The position numbers and the translations under genes were made by a program. The notes beneath the pieces are model-generated. The model did no database searches. It was not told the origin of the DNA and worked only from the letters and a program-made list of their open reading frames with translations. Positions 11,775 through 24,489 of a stretch of 64,000 nt of DNA are shown here, piece after piece (the first letter of the stretch is position 1; the number at the start of each line of letters is the position of its first letter). This stretch comes from Vicugna vicugna. Its lineage: Eukaryota. Location of the stretch: assembly GCA_013265495.1 (NCBI GenBank), contig MU058456.1:310001-374000 (forward strand). Reading direction: 5' to 3'.

Positions 11775-11890
11775 GCACAGATAAGGAAGATGGGGCCCAG
11801 AAAGATTAAATGGCCTGGACGAGGGTGCACGGCCAGTGAGTGTAGGGCGTTTGGCTTGGCCACCAGAATGCAAGTCAGCTCAGGCCAGTC
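11775..11890 (-). mobile_element. MIR SINE fragment
   Basis: Core-like 'acagataaggaagatggggcccagaaagattaaatggcct'. Confidence 0.6.
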
Positions 11891-12406
11891 AGCCCTTGGC
11901 AATGATTTAACTTTGTTCTTTCAACCTCAAAGCTCCATGATGTGTTGTAACTTATAATTTTGATGAAACACATGCTTCAAGGCTAATGTGTGGGAGTGAG
12001 TCCCTGAGCTCTCGAGCAAATACCCACATCTCAAACAGATTTTGAAGTTCTATGCTTGTGGTAAACACAGTCGTTTTTCATTATGAAAAGTAGTTAATAC
12101 ACAAATGAGCAAAAATTTAAAAAGTAATGAGCAAACAGGAAAGAGAACCAAGAAAGTGAAGGTGCCTATCAGACAAATTTGAGTAGCACGGCGTTTCAGA
12201 TTGGGGGTGGCGTAGGTCAGTAATGTGAAATTGTTTCATTGGATATTCCATGGTTTCCGCAGTCTGCCGTGGGGGAGTTGTTCACGAACGAGAATGTTCT
12301 GTACTCACTCAACTGTGTTCCACAATCTCCCTTGATCTTTTTGCTCTAAATAATTTGATCAACATTGGTTATGAACAAGGAGAGAGGATCTGTAATTGAA
12401 TCTTAC

Positions 12407-12630
12407 CATTCAGATGAGAAGCGGGGGAAGGAACTGCACGTTGTCTCGGGTGTGGCTTCCCGGCAGGTCCCCGCAGGCAATGGGACAACCTGGCTCCAAG
12501 TGACGGAGTTGTTCCAGGGTGGTGTGATACCCAACAAGGCCTCACGGTACAGGCTCCAAGTCCAAGTTGTTTCTGCCTTTCTCTTTAAGGAAGAGGCAGC
12601 TTCCTGTCAGCTCTGGGCCTGAGGGCATTG
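12407..12630 (-). promoter_or_regulatory. Candidate promoter and first exon of a minus-strand transcript
   Basis: Unique, CpG-enriched sequence; ETS core CAGGAAG (12600-12606 minus); TATA-like CTTAAAG; ends ATG|gtaaga at 12407. Confidence 0.35.
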
Positions 12631-12747
12631 TTTCAGAGGCAACTAGTCTTCCAATTTTCCGCAGGATACCAAAGGCAGTTCAGGCTTAAATACTGAAGAC
12701 ATAGCAGGACTGGCAGGGAATGCCCCAGCCCCCAAGTTTTCCTAACC

Positions 12748-12968
12748 TAGAAGTTCTCGAAGTGCACTCTCTGGACCAACAGCATCTGCATCACTTGTTA
12801 GCACTTGCTAGAACTACAGCTGGAGCTTGTTAGAAATGCAAATTTCCATCCCCCTACCCCTGCCAGAGGCACTAAATGGTAAACTCTGGGGGTAGAAGGG
12901 TCTGAGCAATTCGTGTTTTAACAAGCACTGCCAGTGATACTGATGCGTGCTAGAGTTTGAGTAACAAC
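12748..12968. mobile_element. MER5A hAT-Charlie MITE
   Basis: 'ggaccaacagcatctgcatcac...gagcttgttagaaatgcaaatt...gtgttttaacaagc...gagtttgag'. Confidence 0.85.
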
Positions 12969-15164
12969 AGAAGACATTCAGGAGCTGGAAAAGTGGCTTG
13001 GGTTAATGGTTGACTTGATTTCCAAACTTGTCTCCCCAAGCCTCCTTGTCCCCCAAGAGGAGAGAGCTCATGGAAGCCAACGGTGATCCACACCACGTCT
13101 GTCTGCATCCAGAAATCTACAGCATTTTCTGGCATTTCCTGGAACACAGAGCAGTAAGTAGAAAATGCTGCTAGATGCTTTCTGTTTGACTTCCTGAGGA
13201 CTTGCCAAGGTTTAAGTGGCACCCAGATTTTTCATAAATGAAAAATGGAGACGTCAGCACACCCATGATAAGCCATGAACAGGGACTCTGTTTGCAGCAA
13301 TCGTGCTGAGACCCCCAAACCAGCTGCTTTTTGCATATTTCTAACCTGCCATGCTGTCAGCACAGCACTTTGCCAGCTCCGGTTTTACTTGGGAAGCCAA
13401 AGCCCAGCCATGTATAGGATTCTTCTTTTATGACTAGAACTCTACCAAATTAAATGTTTAATAAGTAAAGTCACAAATTCTCTGCTTGCGTACGTGTGGG
13501 TTGTTCACCTAGTAAATATCTCAGTCTCAGTCATTTCCCTCCTCCCTTGTCACTTGGTTCTTGTTTTTCCTCTTTATGGCAGGCTGTGTTTATGTGACAG
13601 CTGTTTTACGTTGATATGAACATGCACCCCACTCCAACTGAATCAATGTCTGGGGAACAGCAGCAAGCCGCCTTCTTCCTGTTGCATCCTATCCCTGCTA
13701 TGAATGTGTGTGCCCACTACCAACAGGTAACATTTGCAGAGTCCACACATGGAAGCTAAGAGGTTGTCCACATTCCAAGAAGAGCCCAGGGCTGAGGGAG
13801 GTCTGAATTAAAAACCCCACTGGCCATGTTGATGGCCATCTTGAGCCCACCCACTCCTTGTTTACATTCTTGATGTATTGATGGGGTAAATAAGCAGACT
13901 GCTGAGAGGGGAGGGGATGCTGAGGGAGGTGTGGGAGAAGAGAAGGACCTGAATTCACATCAGCACCCCTTAGTTGAGTGGCTTGTGATTTGGGGGAGAT
14001 GTCACTAACACTTCTGGATCTTACCTGTTTGAAAAAACGTGTAGTATCTGTCAGCCCTGAAGTCTGCTCTTTCCAGGTGGTGCTCTGGTTAGCAGACGGT
14101 TAACTGCTTAATGAAGTCTGTTCGTCTTTTTCATTGATGACAGCTGATTTCAGACCTTAGCCCTGAGAGCTCTGCTTTTTCTCTTCTGGTCTGAAAGAAG
14201 GAGAGGAAAGGAAGGGGGAAAAATTTAGATACTATGTTCAGAAATGCTGATCACGGGGATCTGAATACAGGTTCTCATTGGAAAATTCACTTTAGAAATG
14301 TGAGCTGTGTTTCCCGCTGGCTGGGAAGGGGTCAGGGAGGCTCCCCTGTGTGCTCCCTCCTTTTTCTCCTGACTGTGGGTGTTGGGGGCCAAGGAGGAAC
14401 TGGCCCTGGTTCTGCTTCTTAATTAATTCCTGTAGAAAGAAATTCTGGGTTTATGGATGAATGTGGGCCCCTTCCTGTAGACCTCTCTTTAGTAGTTAAA
14501 GAAAGGGCAGTCTTTTGTGAATAGACTAACCTGGGTTGGCCTTTACCTGGTTGGCAGAATTCATTCTGGTAGCGTGTGTGTTTTTATACAAAACCTCTGT
14601 GTGCTAAATAAAGGTCAAGGGAACAGTAGGCAGCCTGTTTCATCCCATTATGTCCTTGTCTCGTCCCAAACCAGTTCAGCCTCCGAACGTTCCTGACAAT
14701 ACCAGACTTTGAGGGTGGCTCTGCCCCAGAGCTCTGGGTGGCAGGGCTGTCCCACTGTTCTATTGACCGTCATTCTCCTGAACAGCATTCAAGATCCTGG
14801 TGGGAGCTGGGGTGGGTGAGACTGTTGCTAAATCATGGGGCAGGGACTGACTCCAGCTCCTGGAGAGTCTTGTGCCCCTACAGGCAGCCCTGACATGGAA
14901 ACTGACCCCTCCCAAACAAAATCTGGGGAGTGGGGAGGTTGGCAGGGAGTTGGTTGGAGGAAAGATGTGACACAGCCTATGGCTTATAAAACAGCATTCC
15001 TAAAAAAAATGGGGGCCCCAGAGAAAATTAATGCATGATATCCAAATATTTTACCATGTAAAGTCACATTAGAATGAATTAGAAGAAAACATACATGGAG
15101 CAATTGCTATGTGGGGGGAACTGTACACAATATATGGTGTGAATTGTCTCTTAGAGTCCTTAAT

Positions 15165-15345
15165 ACAATGGATTCTCTCATTTAATCCTCGTAATAACCT
15201 CTGATGTAGACAGTCTTATTGTCCGCAATTTCACAGATGAGTGAATGTAGGTTAAGGAAAATGCTTGGGGTCACACTGATGGTTTAAGTGGAGAATCGGG
15301 GATGCTAACTCAGATGCTGTAAATCCAGCCTCTACACCTAACTAC
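15165..15345 (-). mobile_element. MIR SINE
   Basis: 'tctcatttaatcctcgtaataacc...tttcacagatgag'. Confidence 0.75.
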
Positions 15346-15349
15346 TGTA

Positions 15350-15490
15350 AGAGTGAGTCTCAGACTTTCACATGCATGGAAACCGCCTAGAGATCTTGGG
15401 AAGCGCAGAAACAGACTCCATTGGTCTGAGGTGAGGCCTGGGTGTCTGGATTTCTAAGAGGCTCCCAGGCGCTGCAGGTGCTGGTGGGCT
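15350..15490. mobile_element. MER5-family MITE fragment
   Basis: 'ggtctgaggtgaggcctgggtgtctggatttctaagaggctcccagg'. Confidence 0.55.
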
Positions 15491-17757
15491 GTTTCAGGCT
15501 TGTGGCCGCCACCAGGCAGGAGACAAATGATTTGCCTAAGAGCCCTGGGCCTGTTCTCCCATCTGTGGGCTGCAGGTTTCACATGGCACCACCTGCCCTA
15601 GCCAGCCTTCTCTCCCTGTCAACCCAGGAAGGGGACAAGGGAAGGGATTTCCACAACTTCCTCCATGACACTCATTCCCAGGCTGCAGAGAAGGCCTTTG
15701 CATGCTGATCGGTGCACCCTCCTCCTTCCTGCCTTCATGGCCCCAGGGGCAGGTGTGCTGATTAGAGTTGCGGCTTCACACCCTCCACGCCACCCGCCAC
15801 CCTCGGCTCCATTCTTACATTCGAACCCTCTCCTATTGCCCTGAGAAGGCCTTTTTGTGCATCTCTCATTTGTGTTAGTGGAATGGAAAACAGCCCCGGA
15901 TTGGAAGGCAGGTGTGTTAGTTCCAACCACAACTTAAATCTTCATTTGCTCAGTGACCGGAAATTAGAAACTTAACCTTTCTAAGCCTTCTTTTTTCTGT
16001 ATCTCTAAATGGAGCTAATAAAACTAGTTCCCAATCTGCAGTTGAGGGGTACTCCAAAGTTTAGGAAATTTGCATTGATAAAACAATTTGAACTGCCTTG
16101 GAAATAAGTTCTTATTATGGAAATGTATAAATAATAATATAATTATGGTCAAAGTCTGTGAATGCCTTCTTTGGCATTCAGCTACTCATTGGGTTTAATG
16201 ACCACCTCTCTTCTTTGGTTTTAAAAACCTCTCTTTGTGACAAGATTTCCCTGAAGTAGTCAAAGGAAATGGCCTGCTTGAAATACACATTCAGTTTCAC
16301 CATCAGTCAAATCCCACTTAAGTACCAAGACACTGCATTTCTAGAGAGTGAATTCCACTTCCCCGACCCAGGCTGGAGTGGTGTGTGTCTGGGCTCCTGT
16401 ATGGGAAAACAGTCAAAAATGAGACAGCTGCACTGGACACACTCCATGCAGACATGCCGTTGGGTTACAATGGGCTACAATGCAACCCAGTTTCTTTGTT
16501 TCCTTAAGAACAGCCACGTCCATTGGTGAGTTCCAGGCAGGTTCATATTCCTGTCGCCAGTTTGGGGGGCTGGATTAGTTGGAACAGCAAGAGAGAATTC
16601 TCTCAGTGGGTGTCCAGAACCCGGGAGGGACGGCAGCCTCCAAGAGTGCATCTGCCAGGCACTTTCAATCCTTTATCCAAAGTGCCACTTCTCACTTCCT
16701 CTGCAATATGCAGGGAAATTGTCCTTGTCTTAGGGCAAGATTGCTTTATTCGGAAAGGGAGATGTTCACCTGTGTATTGTCTGCCAGGGAATCAGGCAAT
16801 CACATCGCTGAGATGATGGTGTATCTTGTACGTGGGATGTCTTAAGAATCTTTCAATCACTTCATTACAAGATTATGTTTTTGCTTCCCCTGTCTCTTGA
16901 CAAGCAGCATGGAGTTCTCCTGCCTTTTCCCATTTGATTTTCATTTGTTCTCCCGCTGCATGCATTACGATATTAGGGGTTCGCATTGCTGGTGACAAGG
17001 CTGAGGACTCAGAGATCATTTGTAAGCAGCTGGGGCAGGGCTGCACAAATCCAAATGCACTCAGAGACCCAGAGGGTTTGTTTTTGTTTATTTCCTGTCA
17101 AAGGAATTATCTTTCATTCTCATGGAAAGAGATGAAGTGGAGAATGGAGTCCACAGTTCTCCAGATGCCCTCAGTCGAATCCCTCGCCCCTCACGCAGAC
17201 CGTCTTCTGAGGCTGGTAGCTGTGGTTTACTTCTCTCGTTGGCAGTTTGAGTTACGCCCCTCCTCTGGGTCCCCTCGGCTTCCCCCTTTTCCCACTTGCC
17301 TCTTTTTTTCTTCCTCCAAGTCCTTACTCTGTAAATGGGACAGCCTCCCATTTTTCTTGCCTCCGACTCTGGTTTCCAAATTGTTTTCCTCCAATAAATC
17401 TCACCAAGTAAATATTCATAATCCACTCTGTAATCCCAGTATGACCATCTCAGTTGCCCTCTCCTCTGTAGTTTCCAATTCAATCTTTAAATATCAGAAT
17501 CGACTGTTACCTTTCTTGGTAGGTTTGAATCCATCCTAGTCTCTTAAATGTGAAAACCTGCCTACAGATGTCATGGAAACAAAACACACCCCCTCACGTG
17601 GTGCACAGCTACCATCTGTACTTGGGCTGTGTTCTGGTTCTGCCTACTTGACCGGGGCTGTCTTCTACCTGGGTTCCTCCTTGTCCTCTTTAGGGATGAG
17701 ACAGTTAAGGTTTCAGGGGCAATAGATTTATCCCAAAGTTCAGGAAAGCCCATTCTT

Positions 17758-17904
17758 TTTTTTTTTTTAACTTTTGTTTTGTGGGGAGGGTGCGGTAATT
17801 AGGTTTATTTATTTTTTTAATTTTTAAAATGGAGGTACTGGGGACTGAACCCAGGACCTTGTGCATGCTAAGCATGCACTCTACCACTGAGCTATCCCCT
17901 TCTC
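17758..17904 (-). mobile_element. Camelid tRNA-derived SINE (vic-1 type)
   Basis: Minus strand reads GGGGATAGCTCAGTGGTAGAGTGCATGCTTAGCATGCACAAGGTCCTGGGTTCAGTCCCCAGTACCTCC (A and B boxes), then AAACCTAATTACC and poly-A; 17-bp TSD cagga(a/t)agcccattctt at 17741-17757 and 17905-17921. Confidence 0.92.
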
Positions 17905-18019
17905 CAGGATAGCCCATTCTTGATGGCAGGCCAGAATCAGACGCTCTTGGTGAAGTCCTTGCAAGCTGCTGGCTGCCCTATGGGAGCACGGGTTTCATTG
18001 CCAGCCGGTTCTACTTCTC

Positions 18020-18140
18020 AATGACTGTTTGACCTTGAGCTCTAAATCCCCATCTTAAAGCACAAATGATAATATGCACCACATGGGATGGTTGTGAGGC
18101 TAAAACAAAATAATTTATGTGAAATATGGAGCCTGGCATA
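18020..18140 (+). mobile_element. MIR SINE fragment
   Basis: 'gaccttgagc...cccatcttaaag...atgataata...ggttgtgagg...gcctggcata'. Confidence 0.6.
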
Positions 18141-18826
18141 CATTATGAAAATAAGTCATTCCTTGAATTATCCCATACCTGCAAAGCACTGAAAAGAGCT
18201 CCATTTATGATGTGAAAGTACCTTTGCCCACCCTCCACCCCGCTCCAAGTCCTCCATCATTTATACTGAACTATTTAAGCCCACTCAATTCTCAAATCGA
18301 TTGTCCCTTCCTCAGCCTTTGTTTTTGGCCCTGAATACTGATGGGGCCCAGCAACCTGGACAGAGATGATTTTAACTCTATACAACTTAATCTCTAGAAG
18401 AAAATACCTCTTTTTCCTCAAAAGAATTTTTTTCTGTCAGTGAAGAAGCATAATCATCATCATTGTCATGATAAAGACAAAAGCTCCTTTCATGGCTTTT
18501 GGGGAGGGCTTTGCCACTGTGGCTTTAGGATGCTGTATTTTCACACTTAAAACCACCAAGAGTGGACATCAGGCAAACAAAATAGTTCAGATTTTCTTCA
18601 CATCCAATTCAGTGCATTTGGTAAAACATACTTTTGAGAAAACTTTTCCAACTGTGGAGCCAGCTGCTCGATAGTTTATATTTCTTCCTAATAAAAACAT
18701 CCAGGACTCTATGCTGGTCCCTCATTTATACGTTCCTTCTGGTAATATGCTTGAGAGGCACCGCTTCATTTCCATCTTAAGTGCTCTGGATTTTAGGGAA
18801 TTGAGTTTCGTTTCAGTTTGTTTTAG

Positions 18827-18865
18827 GTGTGTGTGTGCATGTGCATGTGTGTGTGCGTGCATGTG
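18827..18865. repeat. (TG)n/(TGTGCA)n microsatellite
   Basis: gtgtgtgtgtgcatgtgcatgtgtgtgtgcgtgcatgtg. Confidence 0.9.
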
Positions 18866-19517
18866 GTTTTACTGCCTGCCAGCCTCCCTCCCTCCCTCCT
18901 GTCCTGCTTTTTACCTGTTTTTTCCTACGACCTTTTCCAAAACGAATGAACGATACCTATATGCTTTTCAAATACACAGTAAGATTCTTCACCTATTAAA
19001 CTCTAGAAAGTTGTGCTTAGTTATTTAAAATAGGGATGCAAAGAGTGTTGTCTAGTGTTAAGAGTTCTGTCCGAGCTCTAAATTTGGTGATTCAGTGGTC
19101 AATATAATGACCACATGCAGGTCAATTGCTCCGTAATCACTAAGCCCCTGATTTGATTTGACTTACCTAGATCAACCATTCTGTGTCAGCAACCTAATTG
19201 TTCTACGATTTAATATATTGCTTATTTTCTATTATTAGTTATGATTGTGGAAGCAACCAAGTAGAAAAGAAAATTATAGAAGAGGTGTACAAGGAAGAGA
19301 CTTAAAAACCTCTGTCAAAATTAAAGTTACAGCTAGAACAGGTCTAAACTAATGCTCTGAATGAAATTTCTGGGTTTGTCACTTTTTGATTGATTTGACT
19401 ATTTAATTTGGTCAAAATGCCTATCAAATTGATCAGTGGCCAATTTGATAATGAATATATGTGGCACTGAATTTATGCAACATCTTATGCAAAACGGTCA
19501 CTATGACAACTGCCTTC

Positions 19518-19790
19518 TTTCATTCATTTACTCATTTATTCAACACACATCCTGGGCCTCCTTCTGTGTTCTCAGTGCTCTGGAAGGAACTGGGGATACA
19601 ATGAGGAAAAATGCCCTGGTGGAGTTATAGTCTAGTGGAGAAATAGACAATGAGCGAGAAAGCAAGCAATCCACTTAGTGGTTATAACTGAAGTGTGCTA
19701 CAGAAAAAGCAAGAGACTGGAGAAAAATACAAGGGATCATTTAATATTGAGTGATTTCAATACAGCCTGTACAGGTGGCATCTGAGCCAC
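19518..19790 (-). mobile_element. L2 3' end
   Basis: 'ttcattcatttactcatttattcaac...ctggggatacaatgag...ggagttatagtctagtggag'. Confidence 0.85.
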
Positions 19791-20571
19791 CACCTTGAAC
19801 TACGGTGAACCCACCATGCTGTCCACCCTCTTCTGGGAGGAAGCTTGGGAATTTGTTTTTAATCAGTTTCCTTGCCATCCACAAGAAACTGCTCCTAAGC
19901 TGGCCCACCACTGCAGTTTCTCAGAGCTTTCATTTTTGCAGGTTTTTACAAATGGTGTAGAAGATGGTGTAGACGAGCAGATTTTTCTGAAAGCCACAGA
20001 AAATATTTTATCATATCTTCCTTGTTCATTCAAACCTATCTTCTCCAATTTTTTTCTTTCGTTTGTGATTACAGTCTCTTTTTCTTTTCCCACAAAATAA
20101 TGGCCACTATAAACAGAACTTAAGCAAATCCTCTGGCAAAAGTCCATTTCAGGATAGAGATGAAACAGTTGTACCACAAATAAAGTGTCTCTTCCTTCCA
20201 AACTTCACTTCTCAAAGAGCATTTTAGTCAAAATCCCCAAACCTTGCTCCAAAAAAGCAAATGCCTTTGAAATTCTTGTAGTTCCAACCGTGAAATGTGT
20301 TTGTATTTTTGGTTTCATTTCAAAGGTTTCTTTCTCCCTTTCTGATTTCATCTAAGTAAAGTATCTGAAGCAGTTGGGTTTTTTCCCCCCACATTTTGTT
20401 TAGCTGAACTGAAGATGCTAATTGAACTTAGGAGTTTTTCCAAGAGGGGATCATGGCTGCCTGAATGCATCATTGCCTGCCCATTTGGATTCAGCACAGC
20501 TGAAAGAGCAAGTCTCAGTTCTGTGAGTTTACGGAGGCAGATTTTCCCAAGGCCTCAGTCATTCTGAAGAT

Positions 20572-20790
20572 ATAATAGTAACAACTAACAATTTTAGTGC
20601 TCTCCACATGCCAGGCATTGTTCTAAAAACTTTTTAACTCATTTTTCACAATGAAAATGTGATTATCCTCATTCTGCAGATAAGGGAACAGACACAGAGA
20701 TGTTTAGTACAGCATGCAGCTAGAATGTGACTAAACCAAGAATAAAACCCAAACAGACTGGATCTGAAGCTGACCCTCTTAACCTCTACC
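20572..20790 (-). mobile_element. MIR SINE
   Basis: 'atgccaggcattgttctaa...attatcctcattctgcagataagggaacagacacagaga'. Confidence 0.8.
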
Positions 20791-20859
20791 TTGTACTGGG
20801 CCTCAGCAGCAATCCGCGAGGGTCTCGGAAGGTGCACACTCATCCAGTATGCACAGGCG

Positions 20860-20965
20860 TGGCCTCGCAGGTTCGTTTACATGCCAGGGTCCCTCTGGCT
20901 TGGTTGAAGGCCCATTCTGATTGGCGGGTGCCCATGCCATATTGATTGCTAAAAATTTTGATTCT
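20860..20965 (-). mobile_element. Arthur1-like hAT transposon end
   Basis: 'ccattctgattggcgggtgcccatgccatattgattgctaaaaattttga' resembles the reverse of the Arthur1 terminus. Confidence 0.5.
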
Positions 20966-21329
20966 GTGATGGCTTTAATCCTTTCCCTTCATTCTCCAAG
21001 TAGAGGAGGAGAGAAATTTTTTACTACATGATATCCCATCAAAGCATCTTGAGATAGTGCCAAAATGGTTGATTTCCATGAAACTGTTCTGCCTGGTCCT
21101 GCTGATCACCCCTCTCTGGCCTTCCATGTGGCGTCATTTCCCCTCTCTCTAGAAAGACATACATATACATGATACATATACGTCTATATTTCTATCTACC
21201 TATCAATCTATTAAGAGAGAGAATATATAATATATTGATGCTCCCCAGAGGTCCAAAATCAATCTACTTCTCTTCTCAAAGAACACATTCAAATACATTC
21301 TCCTGCCTAACTTTCAACTGACAGTTGCT

Positions 21330-21710
21330 TCACTTACCACTGAAACATCAATGATCTGTATCTATTTCTGGGCCTTTCTTCTCTCCCAAGATACTGACCT
21401 TTATTTCAAAGCTGTCTCTTGCCTCAATGGCTCAAGCTCAACAATTCCAAAAAAAAAAAAAAAAACCCAACAAAAAACCCATTATCTTCTCCTACAATCT
21501 CTTCTTCTCCAGTATTCTTCCTCCATAAACCCCATCTGGGTTAATGCCAACTTTAGCAACTTGGCATCCCAAACTCCATGACCCTGGGCTCCTTTATTCA
21601 CATTCTATTAATTATTAAGCACTATTGATTTTACTGCTGACATCTCTCACATTTGACTACTTCTCTCCAGTCTGACTTTAATGTGGACTTCCTTATTTCT
21701 CTCCTGGATA
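21330..21710 (+). mobile_element. L2 fragment, degraded
   Basis: 'ctcaagctcacaattccaaaa' and 'tattgattttactgctgacatctctcaca'. Confidence 0.5.
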
Positions 21711-23194
21711 TATTTTTTTAATGTTGAGTTGAAGTATAATATGCACACAGAAAATACATACATCATGAGTGTACAACTGACCACACACGTGGGACCCAGG
21801 TCAAGAAGCACAGTATTACCTGGAGTCTTGTCTTCTCCATGACAGAGTCTGAAATTCCACTGCTGATATGCAATGACTTTAAGGTTCTGATCAATCAAAA
21901 CTCAAATACCCACAGTGGTGTAGCATCTTAAATCATTGTCATGTATCACTCAGTGTGTGTGAACAATTCAAGAACACAGTTTGGTAAATGTGGGAAGGAA
22001 GGGCATGAGCCACTGGGCAGCTGAGAGATGAAACTAACCTCCACCAAGGGATGGAGGGTTCTGAGAGATGGGGCTGGGGAGACCGACCTTGACTGCCAAA
22101 GGCAAACCGCCTGCTGGACAGTTACACAGTTGCTGCGGTAACTAAGTAGGGTACTAAGACCCGCTTGCCCTCAGTGTTCTATTCCATATAGTTAGTTATT
22201 TGTTGCGAATAATAATGAGAACAAAAGTCAGGTTGAGAATCAGGAGGCCTTCAGAATTAGGGTAGGTGAGCCCAGATGACTGAAAATCCACTTACGTGAA
22301 TGTACTTAAGGCGTTATATCAAATTCATTCTCAGTGTCATAACAAATCAAAGTAAAATTCTTTGAATCGAACTCAGTTTGAGGAGAGATCTTGAGCAGCA
22401 CATTCCTTATCCCTGATCAGGTCCTCTTGGAGCAAGCCTTCCTCAAGGGCCCCGTTTCTCTCCTGGAATGCCTCTTCCTCTCGCTTTAGGACTGCATTTT
22501 GTACCTTTTGCTGGATTTATGCTTTTGGCCACTACTGCTACAGTTCCACCTATTTAAATAGCTACTTCTTGAGAAAAATTCTCTCTTAGCTTCCTTTTTA
22601 GCCAGTAGAAGAACACTCAGATTTATTTTTGATGACTAAAAAGTAGATTAATATTACTGGTGTTTGTTTAAAAGTGCTCCTCCCCCTAGAAGACTGGCTT
22701 TCCCACAGAGAACAACTGTTACAGTTGTTACGTGTTATGCAGTTAGAGTTAGGGCAGAATAGTTTTTCAACCCAACTGAATAGTGAGAATAAGTTTTCAA
22801 ATGCAACTAAAACTGATTTGCTCCCAGCTGTATCAGACACTATTCAGTTTGCCCCTGAACATACCTAGAAGTGACTGAATTGCATCCGATTTCTTTAGGA
22901 ACAATTGGATTGTTCCTGAGTATCTCAAATGACTCTAACCTTCTTGGGCAGAGTTCAGTTGTAGAAAAAAAAAAGAAAAAGAAAGACATGTGGTTAAAGG
23001 AATACTCAGTGGATGTCAGCTAAAAATCCACCAGATGCCTTTCTGCATTGGAAAAGTTGTTGGTGTGAAGCAAGGGAAGAAAACACGGAGGGTATGATAA
23101 CACATGTGTACCAAATATTTATTGTTTCAGTGAACAGTCTACACTATGCCAGGCACTGGGCCAGCTGCTCAGACTTAAGAGCCTAGGTGGAAAG

Positions 23195-23745
23195 ACATAC
23201 TAGTCATTTACCTCCCCAACTCACTTCTTTTTCTGGTTATGGTCTCTGGCTTTGGGGGTGAGGAATCCACCCTCTGTGCTGGAGCTATGTAGTCTGAGGG
23301 GCTTTCACTCGAAGATTAAGGGTCAAATTATGATCATGATTTTACCTAATTACTGTATCATATTCCTGTGGCCACAAAGACTGATTCAAGAGATGCACGT
23401 GACTTAACCTAGGCCAATCAGAGTGAACCTCAGACTTTTAAGAGAGCTTGCCAACAACTCTTGCCCTTTTGCCCACCTGAGAGGTTTTAGCTGTTACATG
23501 CATTGACCACCACAGAGAGAGCACAAGTTGTCAGGGGTTTATCACGGAGTTTGAGCAGTAAGCCAATGTAGGCAGGAGGCTTAGCCAAGGGATGGCAAAA
23601 AAACTGTTACGATGAATTACCTGATCCCTGAATCTAACTGTACCTGAATCTGGCCCTGTAACCCTCCCTTGTAGCCCCATAACCAACTTTTTTGGTATAA
23701 CAGATCAGGATGAAATATGCCCAGTGGAACTATACTGGAAAAAAT
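23195..23745 (+). mobile_element. ERVL-class LTR, degraded
   Basis: 'gcacgtgacttaacctaggccaatcagagtgaacctcagacttt' and 'tgaatctaactgtacctgaa'. Confidence 0.5.
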
Positions 23746-24489
23746 CCTGAGCTCAGTCTGTCTTCAATCCAAATCAGCTCGGGATTAAGAAAATTGAGGC
23801 TGGTAAAAAGAGAGCAATAGATATCAATACTTACGGGGAAAGGAGTGGTTGGATTCTTTTCCATGCGTGCTCTCCGTCTTCAGGATGATACTGAGCCAAA
23901 TAGATGAAAAGCAAAGAAAACAGAAACAGTCAAGATTACCAATTGCATGACCCCAGGAACCAATGCAATTTCTCTTTTTCCAGTGAGTTGATTTGCTGTG
24001 TGAGTGGCCTGGCCAAATCAAGTAGAAATAGCCCTAAGATAAGCCTTAAGAAGGCAGACTACACAGAAGGTGGCCAGTAACCCTGAAGGATCCTTACGTG
24101 AATCTATAGAACAAAATACAATATGGAACCCTCTATTTCCTCCAAATGCTTCCTTGTTCCACAAGCAAAAAGAGCAGGAATTCTGTGCAATACAACTTGA
24201 AGCAGAAGAGCATAGGCCTTGGTTGCTGAGAAAAATCTGAAGAGTCAGTGGCAGGTGGTCATCTCTGGGATATGATTTGAGGGCAACCAAGAAAGTTACT
24301 TCTCTGATCTTAAGATTTTGCTAGGGATTTGGGTCTGTTTCATGTAACAGGAAAAATGTATTGCCCAATAACAATAACATAATATCATGAAGCCATGTCA
24401 TATGGCTTCAAATGCTGCCAGATCTTTTGTATGGTGGTGAGAGCTGCTACCTTATACATATTTAACCTCGTCATCATCATCTTTATTGT

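Noticed and set aside
16934..17539. Longest ORF in the track (201 aa)
   Set aside because: Non-ATG start, low-complexity S/L/P/F composition from a pyrimidine-rich tract, and no recognisable domain; consistent with chance.
17508..17570. Possible small minus-strand exon ending AAG|gtaaca
   Set aside because: Splice-like motifs of this quality are expected by chance in 64 kb, and the peptide is unrecognised.
17825..17900. tRNA-like sequence
   Set aside because: It is the head of a SINE with an A-rich tail and TSD, not a tRNA gene.
19160..19200. Consensus minus-strand donor TAG|GTAAGT
   Set aside because: No polypyrimidine acceptor upstream; a few such matches are expected by chance.
24040..24240. 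Stop-free plus-strand stretch of about 65 codons
   Set aside because: No start codon, splice context or recognisable homology.
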